A DNA stretch of 62,274 nucleotides, counting the filler, from Platydemus manokwari (lineage: Eukaryota): NCBI GenBank assembly GCA_037951405.1. It is 6 parts of 6 records of this genome, joined end to end, with 100 filler letters (N's around TTAATTAATTAA, not from the genome) between each part and the next. Parts side by side here need not be neighbours in the genome. Positions count along the whole stretch, not along the records: positions 33,496 to 43,761 come from JBBMOY011151882.1; positions 43,862 to 53,350 come from JBBMOY011241652.1; 4 more parts are not named here. One strand, written 5' to 3'. This document shows, piece after piece, positions 40,049 to 53,450 of this stretch (position 1 is the stretch's first letter; every line of letters starts with the position of its first letter). A model generated the notes under the pieces. That model was not told where the DNA came from. It worked only from the letters and a program-made list of their open reading frames with translations, and did not search any database. A program made the translations under genes and the position numbers.

Positions 40049-43000
40049 GGAAATGCAGCCCGCATTTAAAATAATCTACCAAATTATTTATCCAACTCGG
40101 TGATGCAGTATATAAGGCCAATAACTACTTGTGTCTTTACCCGATTAGAAACCACTACAACCCTTATTCGAAAACATTATGGAAAAAGATTAAATAGATT
40201 TGCCGAAGTTAAGCCAAGTCAATTCTCCGATTTAGTTGAGAATTTTTATACTCTGTATTTTCCACCGGAAGAGAATATTTAATATTTGATTGACAATGGA
40301 AGAAGAGTATGATCATTTTGTGTAAAATCACATATTAGAATATCTGCCTGCATATTTTTCACAATTTCTAGAGCATTGCTCAAATCCCTCGAAAAAGGCA
40401 CTTCCTCAATATTACGAAGTTGGTTATGAAACCTTTCTGAAACTTTGCTTAAGTTCACAACGTGTAAATGTATAAAAGTAGTATTGTTGCATAAAAGTAT
40501 TGGAGTTGCATTTTCAATCATAACAAACATTTTATTAGTTAAACCAGTTCGGTTGATCTTTGGCATTTTGTCATTAAAGTACATAATTTCATACCTAAAT
40601 TCATTGTTATCATTTACCTCTATTTGGGAATATTTTCGTGAATTAGTAAATTAAACGAGACTGATAAAAGAATTAATATACTCGATTAGACAATTGAAAA
40701 GGCATTAATAGGATTTAAGTATTAAAATCATTATCTACGCCTTTTCACTTATCTCCGTATAAGTTGTTGAACATCGATGCGAAAGGAGATCAATTAGTTA
40801 AGGTTTAAATACTAGTTGAAGGTCAAACTCAGTAGACTTATATAAGATGTCTAAAAATCATGAAATTAATAAAAATAGGTACAATAAGAGAACCGAAGAC
40901 CTCGAAACTAATCATCAATAAGAAGTACACTGGTTTCAGCTTGTTCTTATGTACCTATTCCAATTGGGTTTGTTGATTTTTGAGATTGGTCATTTCATGT
41001 ATGTATGCCGTCACGTAGTCATGCATTTTACCAAATTAAAATTTCGTTTATATATAGATTTTGATTGGTCAATTATCGTACCCGTATGACTGTGTAAGCA
41101 TGCTAGAGTGTAAAGAATCCAAGAGTTCTATTTCCATGGGAATATTTCATACTCGACAACACAAATTAAAAAAACTTCTGTATAAAATAACTCCTAAGTG
41201 AATGAATTATTCAAAAATTTCCGGTTCTGGATCTATGTAATAGAAAACATGTAAAATTTTATGATATTGGACCTGTAGAGTAATTGCTGGCGAACTTCTC
41301 AGATTATTTATCCATAATTGAGTCTAAATTTATTTTTTTTAGAGACTAATATTATTCTACACAATTTAATTCATATAAGAGCTATGGTAAGGAACCTTTT
41401 AGTAAAATAGGTAATTCAGAAAAGTGATTCACCGGTAAACTAGTTTCAAAATCCTTTCTACAAATCCTCCACTTTCATGATTAACTTCGCTATGGATTCA
41501 AACTGGATAGCACTTTCCTACAATTGTCTATCACCAAATACGGGGATACAAGTAATTGCATTCGTTCTCCTTATTCTTAAAAATTCAAAATCTGGGCCAT
41601 TTCAATGCATTTATTGAATTCCATTGCTTCTGTTTGGCTGATAAAGTTAATTTTTTTGAATCTGTCATTAAGTTGCTCGTACAACATTGTTTACAGTAGT
41701 TTGAAGTAATTCGTACCTGACTCCTAAAGAAATAAGAAAAAAGGAGAAAAATCAAGATAAAAATTTCAAGGTAACCTCTTTAATAATAGTAAACAAAGGT
41801 TGGTGAGATATAATACAGTGAGGTGTTTGAATCTACTTTTTCTTTCAAAGAATTCGAACAAAAAAGTAAAGGTATCTCAACAAGCTATCTCACAATTTTT
41901 ACATATAAATTTAACCAACTTTCGATTGAATTCCTCACTCTTTTGCCTGGTAACTTAGTTTTAAAACTCTTTATTCATTTTTTTGATGCTAAGTCATTTC
42001 TTATAATTCTTGGAACTTTGTTCGACCAAATTTTGTCTATGATTTCAAGTATTTTATTTGGTATCCAATTGTAATTCATTATAATTTTTTATTGTTTTGT
42101 TTTATTATTTTTATGTTTTCTTGATTTATGTAAGAATGATTTAACTTTAAATCAACTTCTCAATTTGGAAGATTGTTCTGACAGGATAATTGGAACTTTC
42201 ACTCGGTTGCTTTACCAGGTTATTAATATTGTAAGGAAATTCCAAATTAAACATAAATATTAAACATTCAAACTTCAATTCCAATTAAACATCGTCTTTA
42301 CAAATTAATTTTAATAGTAAGATATTTCGAGTAATTAAGAAGTAAACTTTAAAAAAATAATTAAAAATTTCTTAATAATTTACTTAAATCAAAAAATAAA
42401 AATAAATATAATATTCTAGAAGAATTTGTTTAAATGAATCAATTTAATAATGTGCGATAATTTATTATTATGTTATAATAAGATTTAATTGTGTTTGCTG
42501 ACGAAATGGGCCTGTGATTCTATGTCCTTCAAATTAAAAATTTTCCAGCATTTGAGAGTTAGTTAATATCTGACAAACATTTTAATAACAAGGCACTTTA
42601 CGAACATTATTAAAATTAATAGTAAGACATTTGAAATTTTATACATTAATTTTTAAAAATAAAACATTTGAAACTGCATTTAACAATTTGGACACTGGAT
42701 TTATACTGCAATTTATCGATTTCAACTTGCAAAAATTTATCGATCCGTAAGACACTTGACCAATTAGTAATCAAGGGCAATCTAACTTGAAAACTTTTTA
42801 CAAATGTTCAAGAAAAATTATTCTGTGAGAATGCCATAGTAATTTAAATTTTATAATAATTTAAAAAAAATCTGGTAGTACAATATTTGTGTGTTCACAT
42901 TATAATACTCTTAATTAATTCGGAATTTTTTAATAAATGTGCTCCAGTAAAATAGCACATAACGTAACTAAAAATAAACACATGTCCTCTTAATACGTAT

Positions 43001-43761
43001 AAAAATCAGATAATGTCAACAATAAATAAACAGTCATGGTAATTCACAAGTTGCCATGACAACTGATTTAGTTATTATGCCGAGTATGTAAGGGAAGCAA
43101 ATAAAAAAAATGACGCAAAAATAGTTTATAAAGCAGTGTAAAATAGTCAACCTCCCAAAAAAACTTTTGGCACAAATGGAAATTCTTACTATTTCTCACG
43201 GACTCCGAAACCAAGCAATTATGTTTAATTTCTTATTTGTTTTCATTAATTGTGCTTTCAGTAATTGTTTTCAGATTACCCCAAAGTGAATTATTAATTA
43301 AATAACCCAGTAAAAGTTCTAGAAGAACATTTGATTTTCCTCTAAATTATTTCGCCGACCACCTCTTTTTTCACTAGAGTTGCGTGGCATTAGTTCTTCG
43401 GGGGATTACAACATCATAGTAAAAAATGCACACTGATTATAATAATTATAATAATTTTATTGTATTTGATCTCATTGCAGCATAAAGTTTATATGGTTTA
43501 ACTCCTAAATAATACAAGCAACCTATGGTTCATCACTGCAAAAATTCAGGTATTGGTGGAATCGTTCAACTCTTGCAACTGATAAATTATCACAAATATC
43601 AGCAAATTCCAGCAATATTATCTTGATAGTTGATGAGCACATGCGCTCAGTGCAATATGAAAATTGCCTTGAGCTGTAAAGTATGTGTTAGCTGCTAACA
43701 CTTCTTCGTTTTTTAGGTTATATTCAAAACTCATAATTCTCAAAGTGTCAAAAATATATTT

Positions 43762-43861
43762 NNNNNNNNNNNNNNNNNNNNNNNNNNNNNNNNNNNNNNN
43801 NNNNNTTAATTAATTAANNNNNNNNNNNNNNNNNNNNNNNNNNNNNNNNNNNNNNNNNNNN
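43762..43861. other. Artificial 100-nt contig-joining linker
   Basis: N-TTAATTAATTAA-N. Confidence 0.97.
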
Positions 43862-44316
43862 CCCAATCCAATTTTGTAAGTAGATTCAGTTTTAGTGATT
43901 TTAAATAGAAATTATAGACAATATTTGGGTTTCATGTTGTCGGCCTGGATACTATCTATGTGGATCAGCAATACAGCCACGACTGCTATGATGCTGACGT
44001 TGGCAACGGCTATTATAGACCAAAAGCAAGATTTACAAAATCAATCAAAAGAAAACAACGCAAATAAATATAATGATAATAATCATCATCAGAATAGTAT
44101 ATTTTATGCTAATATTTATGTTTTAAAGGTCTTTCAGTTTTAGATGAAGTTGAGGTTGATGTGAATATTGGCACAACACAGTGGGTTAAATATCTAACGC
44201 AGAACATAATATTCTCATATAATAATAATAATTATTATTATTATTATTGTATAAATAATAATAGCAATAATAGAAATAACGATGTAATAATTATCATATT
44301 TATTGTAATTATTATT

Positions 44317-44351
<35 letters not shown>

Positions 44352-47300
44352 TGTTATTATGTTGTAATTGTTATATCTTCAAACCTTTTTAACAAAAATG
44401 ATCTTTAAGAAATTTCTAATATTTGGTGATCATTCGTACTAACTGACATAAATATTATCGATTCATTTTATCATTCGTTTATTTAAACAAATAATATTCC
44501 ATTATTCAAGGATCACACAAGAAAATTCAGCTAGGGTCAAAGCTGTAAAAATTACAAATTTCGACAAGGGCCTATTGCTTGGTATTGCATATGCTTCAAG
44601 TTGTGGTGGTATTGCTTCTCTACCTGGCACTGGTCCAAATATGGTTTTCTATGGATATATCACAGAGTACAACTTCTTAATACAATTTAATACAATGAAG
44701 TACAAAGTACTAATTATATGACACTGCTATTTTATAAAGCACACATCGAATACCAACTGAAAACTGAAAAGTCATGACTTCAAATTATATTTTGATTACA
44801 ATCATTATAACAAAATAATATTTTACAAAAATCTAATTTGAAAATTTTTCAAATTTCAAATCATTATAAATCCTCACAATAATCATTATCTCGTATAAAT
44901 TTATGTAGTAGTTTTAAATAATTTTACTCTAAGGGATTCTCTTATATTGACAAATGATGAAATATCAATATTTCCCTACCACTTATTTAAACATATTGTT
45001 ATGGATAAAAATACACCAACGAGTAAATTATTTAATTGCAGATTATATATATGTTTTATATCGTATTTCATTTTCAATTCTTTCATCATTAAGCCTTTAG
45101 AAACCTTGTATTCTCTGTCGATACATTTCATTTATTGCAATTCATTTTAATTCTTTGTTATTCAGACGTTATGGATCAAAAATGAAATTGAATTTTGGTT
45201 CTTTCATGCTTTTCGGATTACCACTGTCATCGATAATTGTGATATTTGCTTGGATGTTATTGTGTGTGAAATATATCGGCATAAAGTGAGTATCGAAAAT
45301 AAATTTTCTGCTCAAATTATCTCTAATAATATTTGATATTTAGATCAATATTTCGAAAAAGAAAAGATAGCATAAAAGATGAGCAATTGAAAGGGCTACT
45401 GAAAAAAGAAGTCAAAAATCTGGGATCTGTGAGGTTGTTTTTAATATTTAAAAATGGCATTGATGTGGGATTATTATTAGCCTTTTAAAATTAATAAATA
45501 TAATACTTTGGTTTTCAAAATAGGGAAGGCTTCTTTAATGTATTTTAGGATATGAACTTTTGTGTCATATTGATTTTATAGTTTAATTATTCTCATTTCT
45601 ATTTGATATCACTTATTCACTCTAAATGAGTTCTTGATTAAAGCAACATGTGTAATCTAATTATTTTGCCTCACACAACCTCATTGTGTAAAGACAATAG
45701 ATGTGCCAATGATGATATAAATTAACTATTAGTCTCAGTATTTGCATGTTATTTAAATTCCTAAATTACTAACACCAATGACAACGAACCATGGTCTATG
45801 ATCCATATTTAATCAATAACTAAGGCTTGTTAGTACCAATATTTATTGTTAAATAACAACGACGCAGATTGACAACTACATGAAATAAAAATTTCAAGTC
45901 AAGTTTCATACTACACCATTCATCAAACCTTATTACAAATCTTAGAAACTTCTTGGAACAAGTGATGGTTAATAGACCTCACACTCTTGGAACAAAACCA
46001 GTTACTGCAGGAATTTGAGACAGCTTGAGAATAACAAATAATCGATAAACCTTATAGTTTTGATAAACATTTGATAAAATTTGTCTTCCCCTATGATCTT
46101 CCAGTAAAATACTGGGCATATAGGGAAATCCTGATCTCCGACATTGAATGGTCTTCCTTCGAGATATTCTTGGTTGCAAAATTACGTGTTCTATCTCCGT
46201 GTATAATAATTTTGGTAACGTGTGACTGTGTCTTCAATAATCTGTCAAAGTGGCAGTGATTATTGGAACTGCTGCCTTATACTGGCAGCGATGAATCATT
46301 CATAGATATTTTCTACTTTTAAATATAGTGTCATTCATTTATCATTTCCTTCCTTTAATTTTTTTATCACAGAGAGAATTTGATTTATCAGAGAGAGATT
46401 TTGATAAGATTTCATCCAGGAAGAAAAAAGAAATTTTTTTGTCGGTATATATATATGTGTGTGTGTTGAGTTATCAAACAACATTTTCAATCTACCAATC
46501 TGTATTAACCTAAATAATACACTCAAAGTCTCAAACATAACAATTACAAATCTCTAAGCAATTCACAATGAAAATCATTCAAGATGGGATCAACGCCCGA
46601 AAGTCAAAAACAAAATGATCAAAAAGACTGATTACTGAAATCACACATAAGCTAAGCATTGAAGTTAGTGACCAAAAAAGACTGGCAAGAATCCATGAAA
46701 CTAAACCTCTTTTATAGTCCCAAAGAGTGTGCTTGCTTGGTGTCATGGGTATTCATTTCCAATTTGTGAATCGATTTACTAGAGATTTTCCCTCAACTCC
46801 TATTTCATTGGCAGTTATTTGAGCTTGCTGTCTTTAGCCAGGATCTGCCTGTCTATTTTTAGCTTCTAAATATAGATTAAAATTAAAACGAATCTGATTG
46901 GTTAATGACACTTGTGTATATTCGGTTTATGTGTATTGACCATTCTTATGGTTTTTCCTTGGTTCTTGTGACCTTTTGATTGAGTGGTGATATACCCTAT
47001 ATATATATTCTCTCATGAATTTTATGAAGTAATGAGTGATATTTTGTAAAATAAAATGCACAAAATGAATTATAATATTTTTTATTATCCTATTTTTTCA
47101 ATTTAACAATAGAATTCAAAGTTAACATTTCATTTCTAGTTATGGAGAGATTTCGACATTATTCGTATTTGGGATATTGGTACTTCTTTGGGTGTTACGA
47201 GATCCAGGAATTCCATTATGGGGGAAATTATTTATTCATAAAAATGATAAAGGCGTAGATATTCCGTAAGTATTTTCATTGTAAGAAAATTTATAATTTC

Positions 47301-48904
47301 AAGTCGAATAGATATTGGAGCGATGCCATATCAGCAATTTTAGCAACTTTGTTGGTATTTCTTCTTCCAGCTAAAAATCCTTTCAAAAATAAATCACGTT
47401 TTAATAATACTTTAATTAATTAATTAATTAATTATAATTTCTAGCTGATAAATTAATGAATTGGAAATTTGTTGAGAAAGAATTCCCATGGGGTCTCATA
47501 TTTCTATTTGGTGGTGGATTTGCATTGGCTGCTGGATGTCAAGTGGAATATTTTAATATTTATTTAAAATAAACTTTGTATTATTTTTCACAAGTCATCC
47601 GGATTATCATCGATCGTTGGAGAATCCTTGACCAGTTTGAAGAATTTAAATCATTATACATTAATTCTGGTAATTTCTCTCATGATTTCCTTCCTTACTG
47701 AAATCACATCCAACACTGCAACAGCAACTCTTTTGTTGCCAATCATGTTGAAAATGGTAATTTTAATAACATCAGACTGTAACAATTTTTATAAGTATTT
47801 CTTGAGAAAAAATAGACGTTCATATATTTATAAATGTTTCATATTTCAGCTCATTATAATAATAAATTTATCAAAAACATGATTTTCAAATAAAATTCAT
47901 CTCACTTAATATCGATACGTGTTTAATATTAATTTAATCGAAAATCCATTTTGTCATGTACCATATCATGTTTTCGTTATTTAATTCATTTGTTTTTATC
48001 AAATATCTTTTACTAAATCATTTATACCATTTGATGTCACGATAATTGATATCATTATTAAATTGATGTTTTTAAGAAATATAAAATTATTAAAATCATT
48101 CGCTCAAAAATGATTGAAATTCGCTTGTTTAATTGGTGGAAAAAAATGTGGGGTAGAATGTAAAAAATCTGATAACAATTTATAAGAAATATTTAAAGAT
48201 AATTTTCAGTTTTATATCGAATAAATTGTGTGACGCAAATATCAAAATGTTAGAAATCAATCAATTCTGTTTTATAGAATGTATTTGTTTTAAAATTAGG
48301 TTTTATAAGTTGTAATTTATTTTTATTAGTTGGCTCATGAGATGTGAAATTACTCGATTTGCTCAGTAAATATTCATGAATATTTTAGCTTTAATAAAAA
48401 TATAAATATTGTTTATAAAATTCTTGAGAAAATGTAAACAATCAGATATTCAATAACAGAAATTTATTGAAACATTATCTGATTAGTCGTAAATCGCAAG
48501 CACTTTTAATATATTATTTTAACATTGTTTTATATAATTTTTCAATACGCTTTTTTGACTAATCTCATGAATCATATCAGTCTGAATGCATCAACATTCA
48601 TCCTATGAAGATTGGTTTAAGTGTCACAATTGCTTGTTCGTTCTCGTTCTGTTTGCCGGCTGCTACTCCACCAAATGCCATTATTTTCGCAACAGGTCGA
48701 ATTCGAGTTATTGATATGGTTTGATGATTTATTTTATTTGATAAACTCGTTGAAAATATAGATTTTATCAAGGTGACATCGGGATTTGCATTGAATACTT
48801 TTTGTACACTCGTTCTATCAGTAATGGCTTATTATTATTCAGTCCCGATATTCAATACGGATGTCTTTCCAGATTGGATCAAAGCCAATTGTTCTAATTA
48901 TTAG
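43862..48904 (+). CDS. SLC13: SLC13 / DASS family Na+-coupled dicarboxylate, citrate or sulfate transporter (Indy-like); about 12 exons, 5' end beyond contig edge
   Basis: Exons splice in frame at GT-AG sites: LGFMLSAWILSMWISNTATTAMM (from 43918), KGLLLGIAYASSCGGIASLPGTGPN (from ~44511), NFGSFMLFGLP (from ~45166), LLWVLRDPG (from ~47140), FPWGLIFLFGGGFALA (from ~47445), FLTEITSNTATATLLLPI (from ~47595), SFSFCLPAATPPNAIIF (from ~48581), last exon 48773-48904 ending FPDWIKANCSNY*. Both SNT motifs are present. Confidence 0.95.
44715..44878 (+). mobile_element. Mini solo-LTR-like family, copy 5, inside an SLC13 intron
   Basis: Core CTATTTTATAAAGCACACAT...AACTGAAAAGTCATGAC, end TATAAATCCTCACA; flanks CTAAT/ATAAT. 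Confidence 0.7.
45610..46316 (+). repeat. ~700-bp interspersed repeat in an SLC13 intron, homologous to 38030-38731
   Basis: Same collinear shared blocks as 38030-38731. Confidence 0.75.
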
Positions 48905-49239
48905 AGAAAATATTTAACTTTTACATTTCTAGAATATTTTGAAATACTTGATGAGTTTATATTTTTTAATTTTTTCTTAATCCAAAAATTATAATGCATA
49001 AAATCGTAGTTATTTATTAATAAATTATTATAAAGAATTTGTCAGAGGAACAATTCCAATTTAACCCTGATAAATGTTGGTTATTTTACAAAATCCTTTA
49101 ACACACAATTTTATATTATTACATCTTTATACATGTTATCCTACTTTTCTTTAAAATTCGCCTACTAGTCTTACTTATTTAAGGATAATATTGAGCGATA
49201 ATTACGACAAGTTATGTAGCATGTTACAAAATCTATAAA

Positions 49240-49890
49240 GAATATCTACAGAAATTATTGGGTCAATTTCCAAATGGTTTCCATACTCAAGCTCGACTGT
49301 CGAATATAAGTGTTACTCTTTTATTGTTGGCAATTTCTGTTGTTATCTTTGTCTTTCGAGTGATTAACCCAATATGATATAGACATACTTCTTTGAGCAG
49401 CTTTTATTTCGTTATTTCTGAGTGTTCCAAGTCTTTTCAATTTTTTTTGACTATTGAAAAATTTGTACTTGATTTATTTTTCCTCTATATGTAGGTCATT
49501 TGGCTATTACATCTTTTTCATGTAATTAGATCACTCTAATTGAATACCCTTATTGGCTACTTGATCATGTGTATATTTTGACGTTGAATGTTGCTTATTC
49601 AGTTATTTTATCTATTTCATCGGGAAAACACTGAGGAATTTATGATAATCTGTTTATGAGTGTCTTCAATAATTATGAGTATTTTCAATGATTGTCATAG
49701 TAACGATAGAGCATTCAAAATTTTATTCATAACTTGAATAATCGTCTCGATCTAATAGTTCTAAAATAGAAATTCAGAATTCAAAGGCTTTATCGCAAAT
49801 GCATTATTTTTTTATTTTTACATTCTAGTAAGAATAGTTACACAAATCTGGAATTCTCTTGACACTTCAATGCTTGTCATAACGTCAGAT
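49240..49890. mobile_element. CR1/L2-like non-LTR 3' fragments
   Basis: Minus-strand ELEYG near 49280 and plus-strand RIVTQIWNSLD near 49830-49863 (cf. LEY and RVV..WNSLP motifs). Highly decayed. Confidence 0.4.
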
Positions 49891-49949
49891 TACTATCAAG
49901 ACTTACTAATGTTGACTAGAGATGAAATCTCACAAAAAATTATTTTGTA

Positions 49950-50300
49950 TATTGGAACCCTTATTTTGGCACCTGAAGCATTTGCATATTTACACAACAA
50001 TGCAGGCATAGCAATCAATCAATAACATCTGAATTAAATGAAAAATTATGATTCTAAAAAGGGACATTGACACACACAAACATAGGGATTGATCTATCCC
50101 AAGTACATTAAATCAATAAATTCAGGCAGGAATAAAAGATCAAATCAAAACATGGCACAAATGTAAAACACAAATTACATACACATCTCAAGTATAAATA
50201 TTGATGTAAAAATGCCCAACTACTAGCTGGAAGCCGAGTCTTATATCGATGTTTTATGTTAAGTCTTTGTTGAGTTTAGAGTTATTTGTGCTTGTACTGT
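49950..50300 (+). repeat. Interspersed repeat homologous to 15030-15480
   Basis: Same shared blocks as 15030-15480. Confidence 0.65.
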
Positions 50301-51650
50301 GTAGTGAAGTACAAATTGCAACCTTCGATTCTTTTGGAACTCAACACTTATATTCGAACTATAACTAAATCTGTAGTTTTAATTATCGTTTAATATTTGT
50401 TTATTAGTAGTTAAAGTGACTGTGATGGGCGTAGAGGTTAACAATTGAACCATTGATAACTCCAATAAATAGCCCACTGATGTATTACTTTCGAATTACT
50501 TTGTATTCTAAAATGGTTTTATAAATTCTCTATATTAATCAAATTAATATCTTTTTTTATAAATATCTTTCTTTTAATTTTTGATAATCGAACGAAATTC
50601 AGTCTGCACCTATCCAAAGATTCCAGGCCAATAAAAACCATTTCCATTCGCGCTTTCTAATTCATTTTCGTATTCAACAAAACAAGTCTACGCAACTGAG
50701 TTCATTACTACTAATTATAGACAGCAATAATTTTAAAACCCAATCATTTGACAAAAGAATCTGAAACATATCACTTCAAATTCTGGCTTCAAATCATCTA
50801 ACGTCTCCTTCTTTTACTCATTTCGCAAATTGGTAGATTCAGACTAACACATTCACTTCTGGAATACTGCATTCAAAGTGTTATTTATTCCTTCAGATTT
50901 TTCACTAGCAATGGCATTCAATTCCGTGACTTTAACATATCGTATCTTATTCGCATCACCACGCGATGCTTATCTTCAATACATACATTTGACCATACAA
51001 ACTCATTCATCGGACTCAGTGACAAACCTTCTAGTTACCATCCATCTCCAAAAAAATCAGAAGTCAGCTGGAAAGCTTCGAAAGCATGATATCGATATCG
51101 AATCTTATAACAACGACTTCATTATCCAACTCAAAGTTGTTGCCGGCTCAGAAAAAATTTATCTTTCTCTATTGATAACAAAGACATGTCTTGTGAAATA
51201 TTCCATGACTAAACCCAAATCTATTTTTTCTGTCAATGGTCTGCTTTACCAAAGCAATGCAGAGTTTTCCACTGATTTGAAATTTTTTCAAATTCTCAAA
51301 AACCTCTCGAGAACTATCAACCACCACTCGAAACTTGAACCTTTATCTTTTGAGTACTAAACAATCTATTCTTACTCAATTGCTTTCATTATTTTATCAA
51401 ATTCAACAAGTCAATACCATGTAGACGTTGTAACATTGACTTCTTCATTCAATGACCAACTAGTGGGTTGCAAAGCCATCAACAGGCAAAAATTAATCTT
51501 CGACATTCTAGGCCACTACCTTAAATCATTATGGATCAATACAATACAGAGATCGCATCTTCCGAAATTTAAAATAATAATTACAAATCATACTAACAAT
51601 CAAATTTATATGATTTATTTTAAAATAGAAGATACCCAATGGAAGAAGTT

Positions 51651-53350
51651 AGATAAAAAATAAGATTTGTTTTAATATTATAAAACAAAAGGTGTAATTT
51701 TGAATTAGAATAAAATTTTGATGCAAACGAGTTATCTTTTTACTGGCGACCACGCCGAAATTAACACTCTGACTAGAGAGGCAGAAAATATTTGCAAATC
51801 TGCTACAAAAGACTCAGGAACTATTAATCCCGAAACCATCATTCTTTGATTCATCGCTGAGAAATGTTTCAAACAACCAAAGATTTCGCAAGCTTTAATC
51901 AAATGGAACTGTCATTTGCATTTGATATGCTTTTGAGAGATGACGCCAAACAACTGTGGCAAGAATTCAGCAGTTTCAAAGAGGCTGTTTCAAATGAAGA
52001 AATTTAAAAATGGTTTTTAGAAAAACAGTTTCACGTGCCAAAACAGTTTATGACAAGGTTCAAGATTTGGCAACAGAGACTATACGAAATAAAAAGAAGC
52101 TAGTTACGGAGGTGTTTGACAAGAAAAACACTCTTGAAGAAATTTCCAAAATATTTATTCTGCAAGGCCTCAAACCTGCGATGGCCGACGTTAAAAGAAG
52201 AGAACTAGCTGCCAATTTTTAGAAGTTAACTCCGACAAAGCCGATAACCGCCATCAAGAGGTCATATGCTTAGTCGGTGTTTCAAAGTTACCTAAGAAAG
52301 ACCTTTCAGAAGGAGACTTCATTAAAAAAGCCAAGACAAATCAAGCAGGAAAGAGATTTTGGTGTAAAGTATAATCATCGAGCACCAGTTAATCACATTG
52401 AATCTTCAAACAATGAGAGACCAACAAGATCAATAAAGGCTATTGTTTCTAAATTTTACAACGATTGCAGAGGAAAACCCACACCACGTGGTTATTATTT
52501 GAAACCAGGTGCTTGCTTTTGCTGTGGTGAGCTTCAACAGCGGTACATTGAATGCCCACTGCGAAATAAAAGAAGGACATTCGTTCCGAGAATGTCATTT
52601 AGCCAGAAAGCATAGTTACAGTAATCCGAGGAGAAAACTGTGCATCATTGACGCAGAAGATGAAGCCGATATTTAAACTGAAAGTGAAGCAAGTGATTGT
52701 GTAAGCTCACTCTCCATGAAAGACAAAAAAAACTGGAATCAGCCTCCTGTGCCTATCTCGTCAGTGGGGTTGAGTCAATAGGACATATATCAGCTGGAGA
52801 TAAAATAGAAGATAAGAAGAAAGACGGAAAGAGGAAGAAGAAGCATTCACAGCTGTATCAGAAAGCAGATGGTAGACAGTGGAGTAAAATTGAGTGCAAC
52901 GGTACACATACTTAAATGTTATGGGATTCTGGTTCATCAATAACAGTAATGAACGAGAGCAACTGGAATCGTATTGGAGCACCGCAGATTAAAAGTTCTG
53001 ATGATCAATTGACTGATGAATTCTCCAATACACACATATCGTGCCTAGGGAAAATAAGGATCCCAATTGTCTGGAGCAACAAAATCTAGTAAAGGAGATC
53101 ATTGTAGTAAAAGAAATTTCACCAGAATTTATCGGAGGGGTTGATATAATGAAGACTTCGATTTGGGACTAACAGATTTGGTGAAGCACGAGATCCTTAC
53201 AAAAGGGGAACCTATTGCTCAAAATCCCAGAAGACAGCCAATAAATGTAGAAACCAAAATTCAAGAATTAATTGAAAATCTTCTCGAAAGTAATGTCATA
53301 ACACCTTGCAAGAGCCCTTGGAACTCTCCTTTGGTCGTGGTTCCTAAGAA
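51651..53350 (+). mobile_element. Frameshifted Ty3/gypsy LTR retrotransposon: gag, zinc knuckle, protease, RT start; truncated by contig end
   Basis: gag from ATG 51721 (homologous to 1-275); degenerate knuckle CFCCGELQQRYIEC; protease motif MLWDSGSSITVM (~52916-52951); RT N-terminus GLTDLVKHEILTKGEPIAQNPRRQP...ITPCKSPWNSPLVVVPK. The order protease then RT fits gypsy. Confidence 0.9.
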
Positions 53351-53450
53351 NNNNNNNNNNNNNNNNNNNNNNNNNNNNNNNNNNNNNNNNNNNNTTAATT
53401 AATTAANNNNNNNNNNNNNNNNNNNNNNNNNNNNNNNNNNNNNNNNNNNN
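53351..53450. other. Artificial 100-nt contig-joining linker
   Basis: N-TTAATTAATTAA-N. Confidence 0.97.

Noticed and set aside
44161-44367. 68-aa ORF with poly-Ile tail
   Set aside because: Read-through from a small SLC13 exon into an intronic (AAT)n tract.
31055-48904. ETS, eIF4E and SLC13 as a functional gene cluster
   Set aside because: The three genes lie on separate contigs joined by artificial linkers.
50878-51360. 160-aa plus-strand ORF
   Set aside because: No ATG start or domain recognised; it follows an LLEYCIQ motif typical of decayed CR1/L2 elements, so it is likely TE debris.
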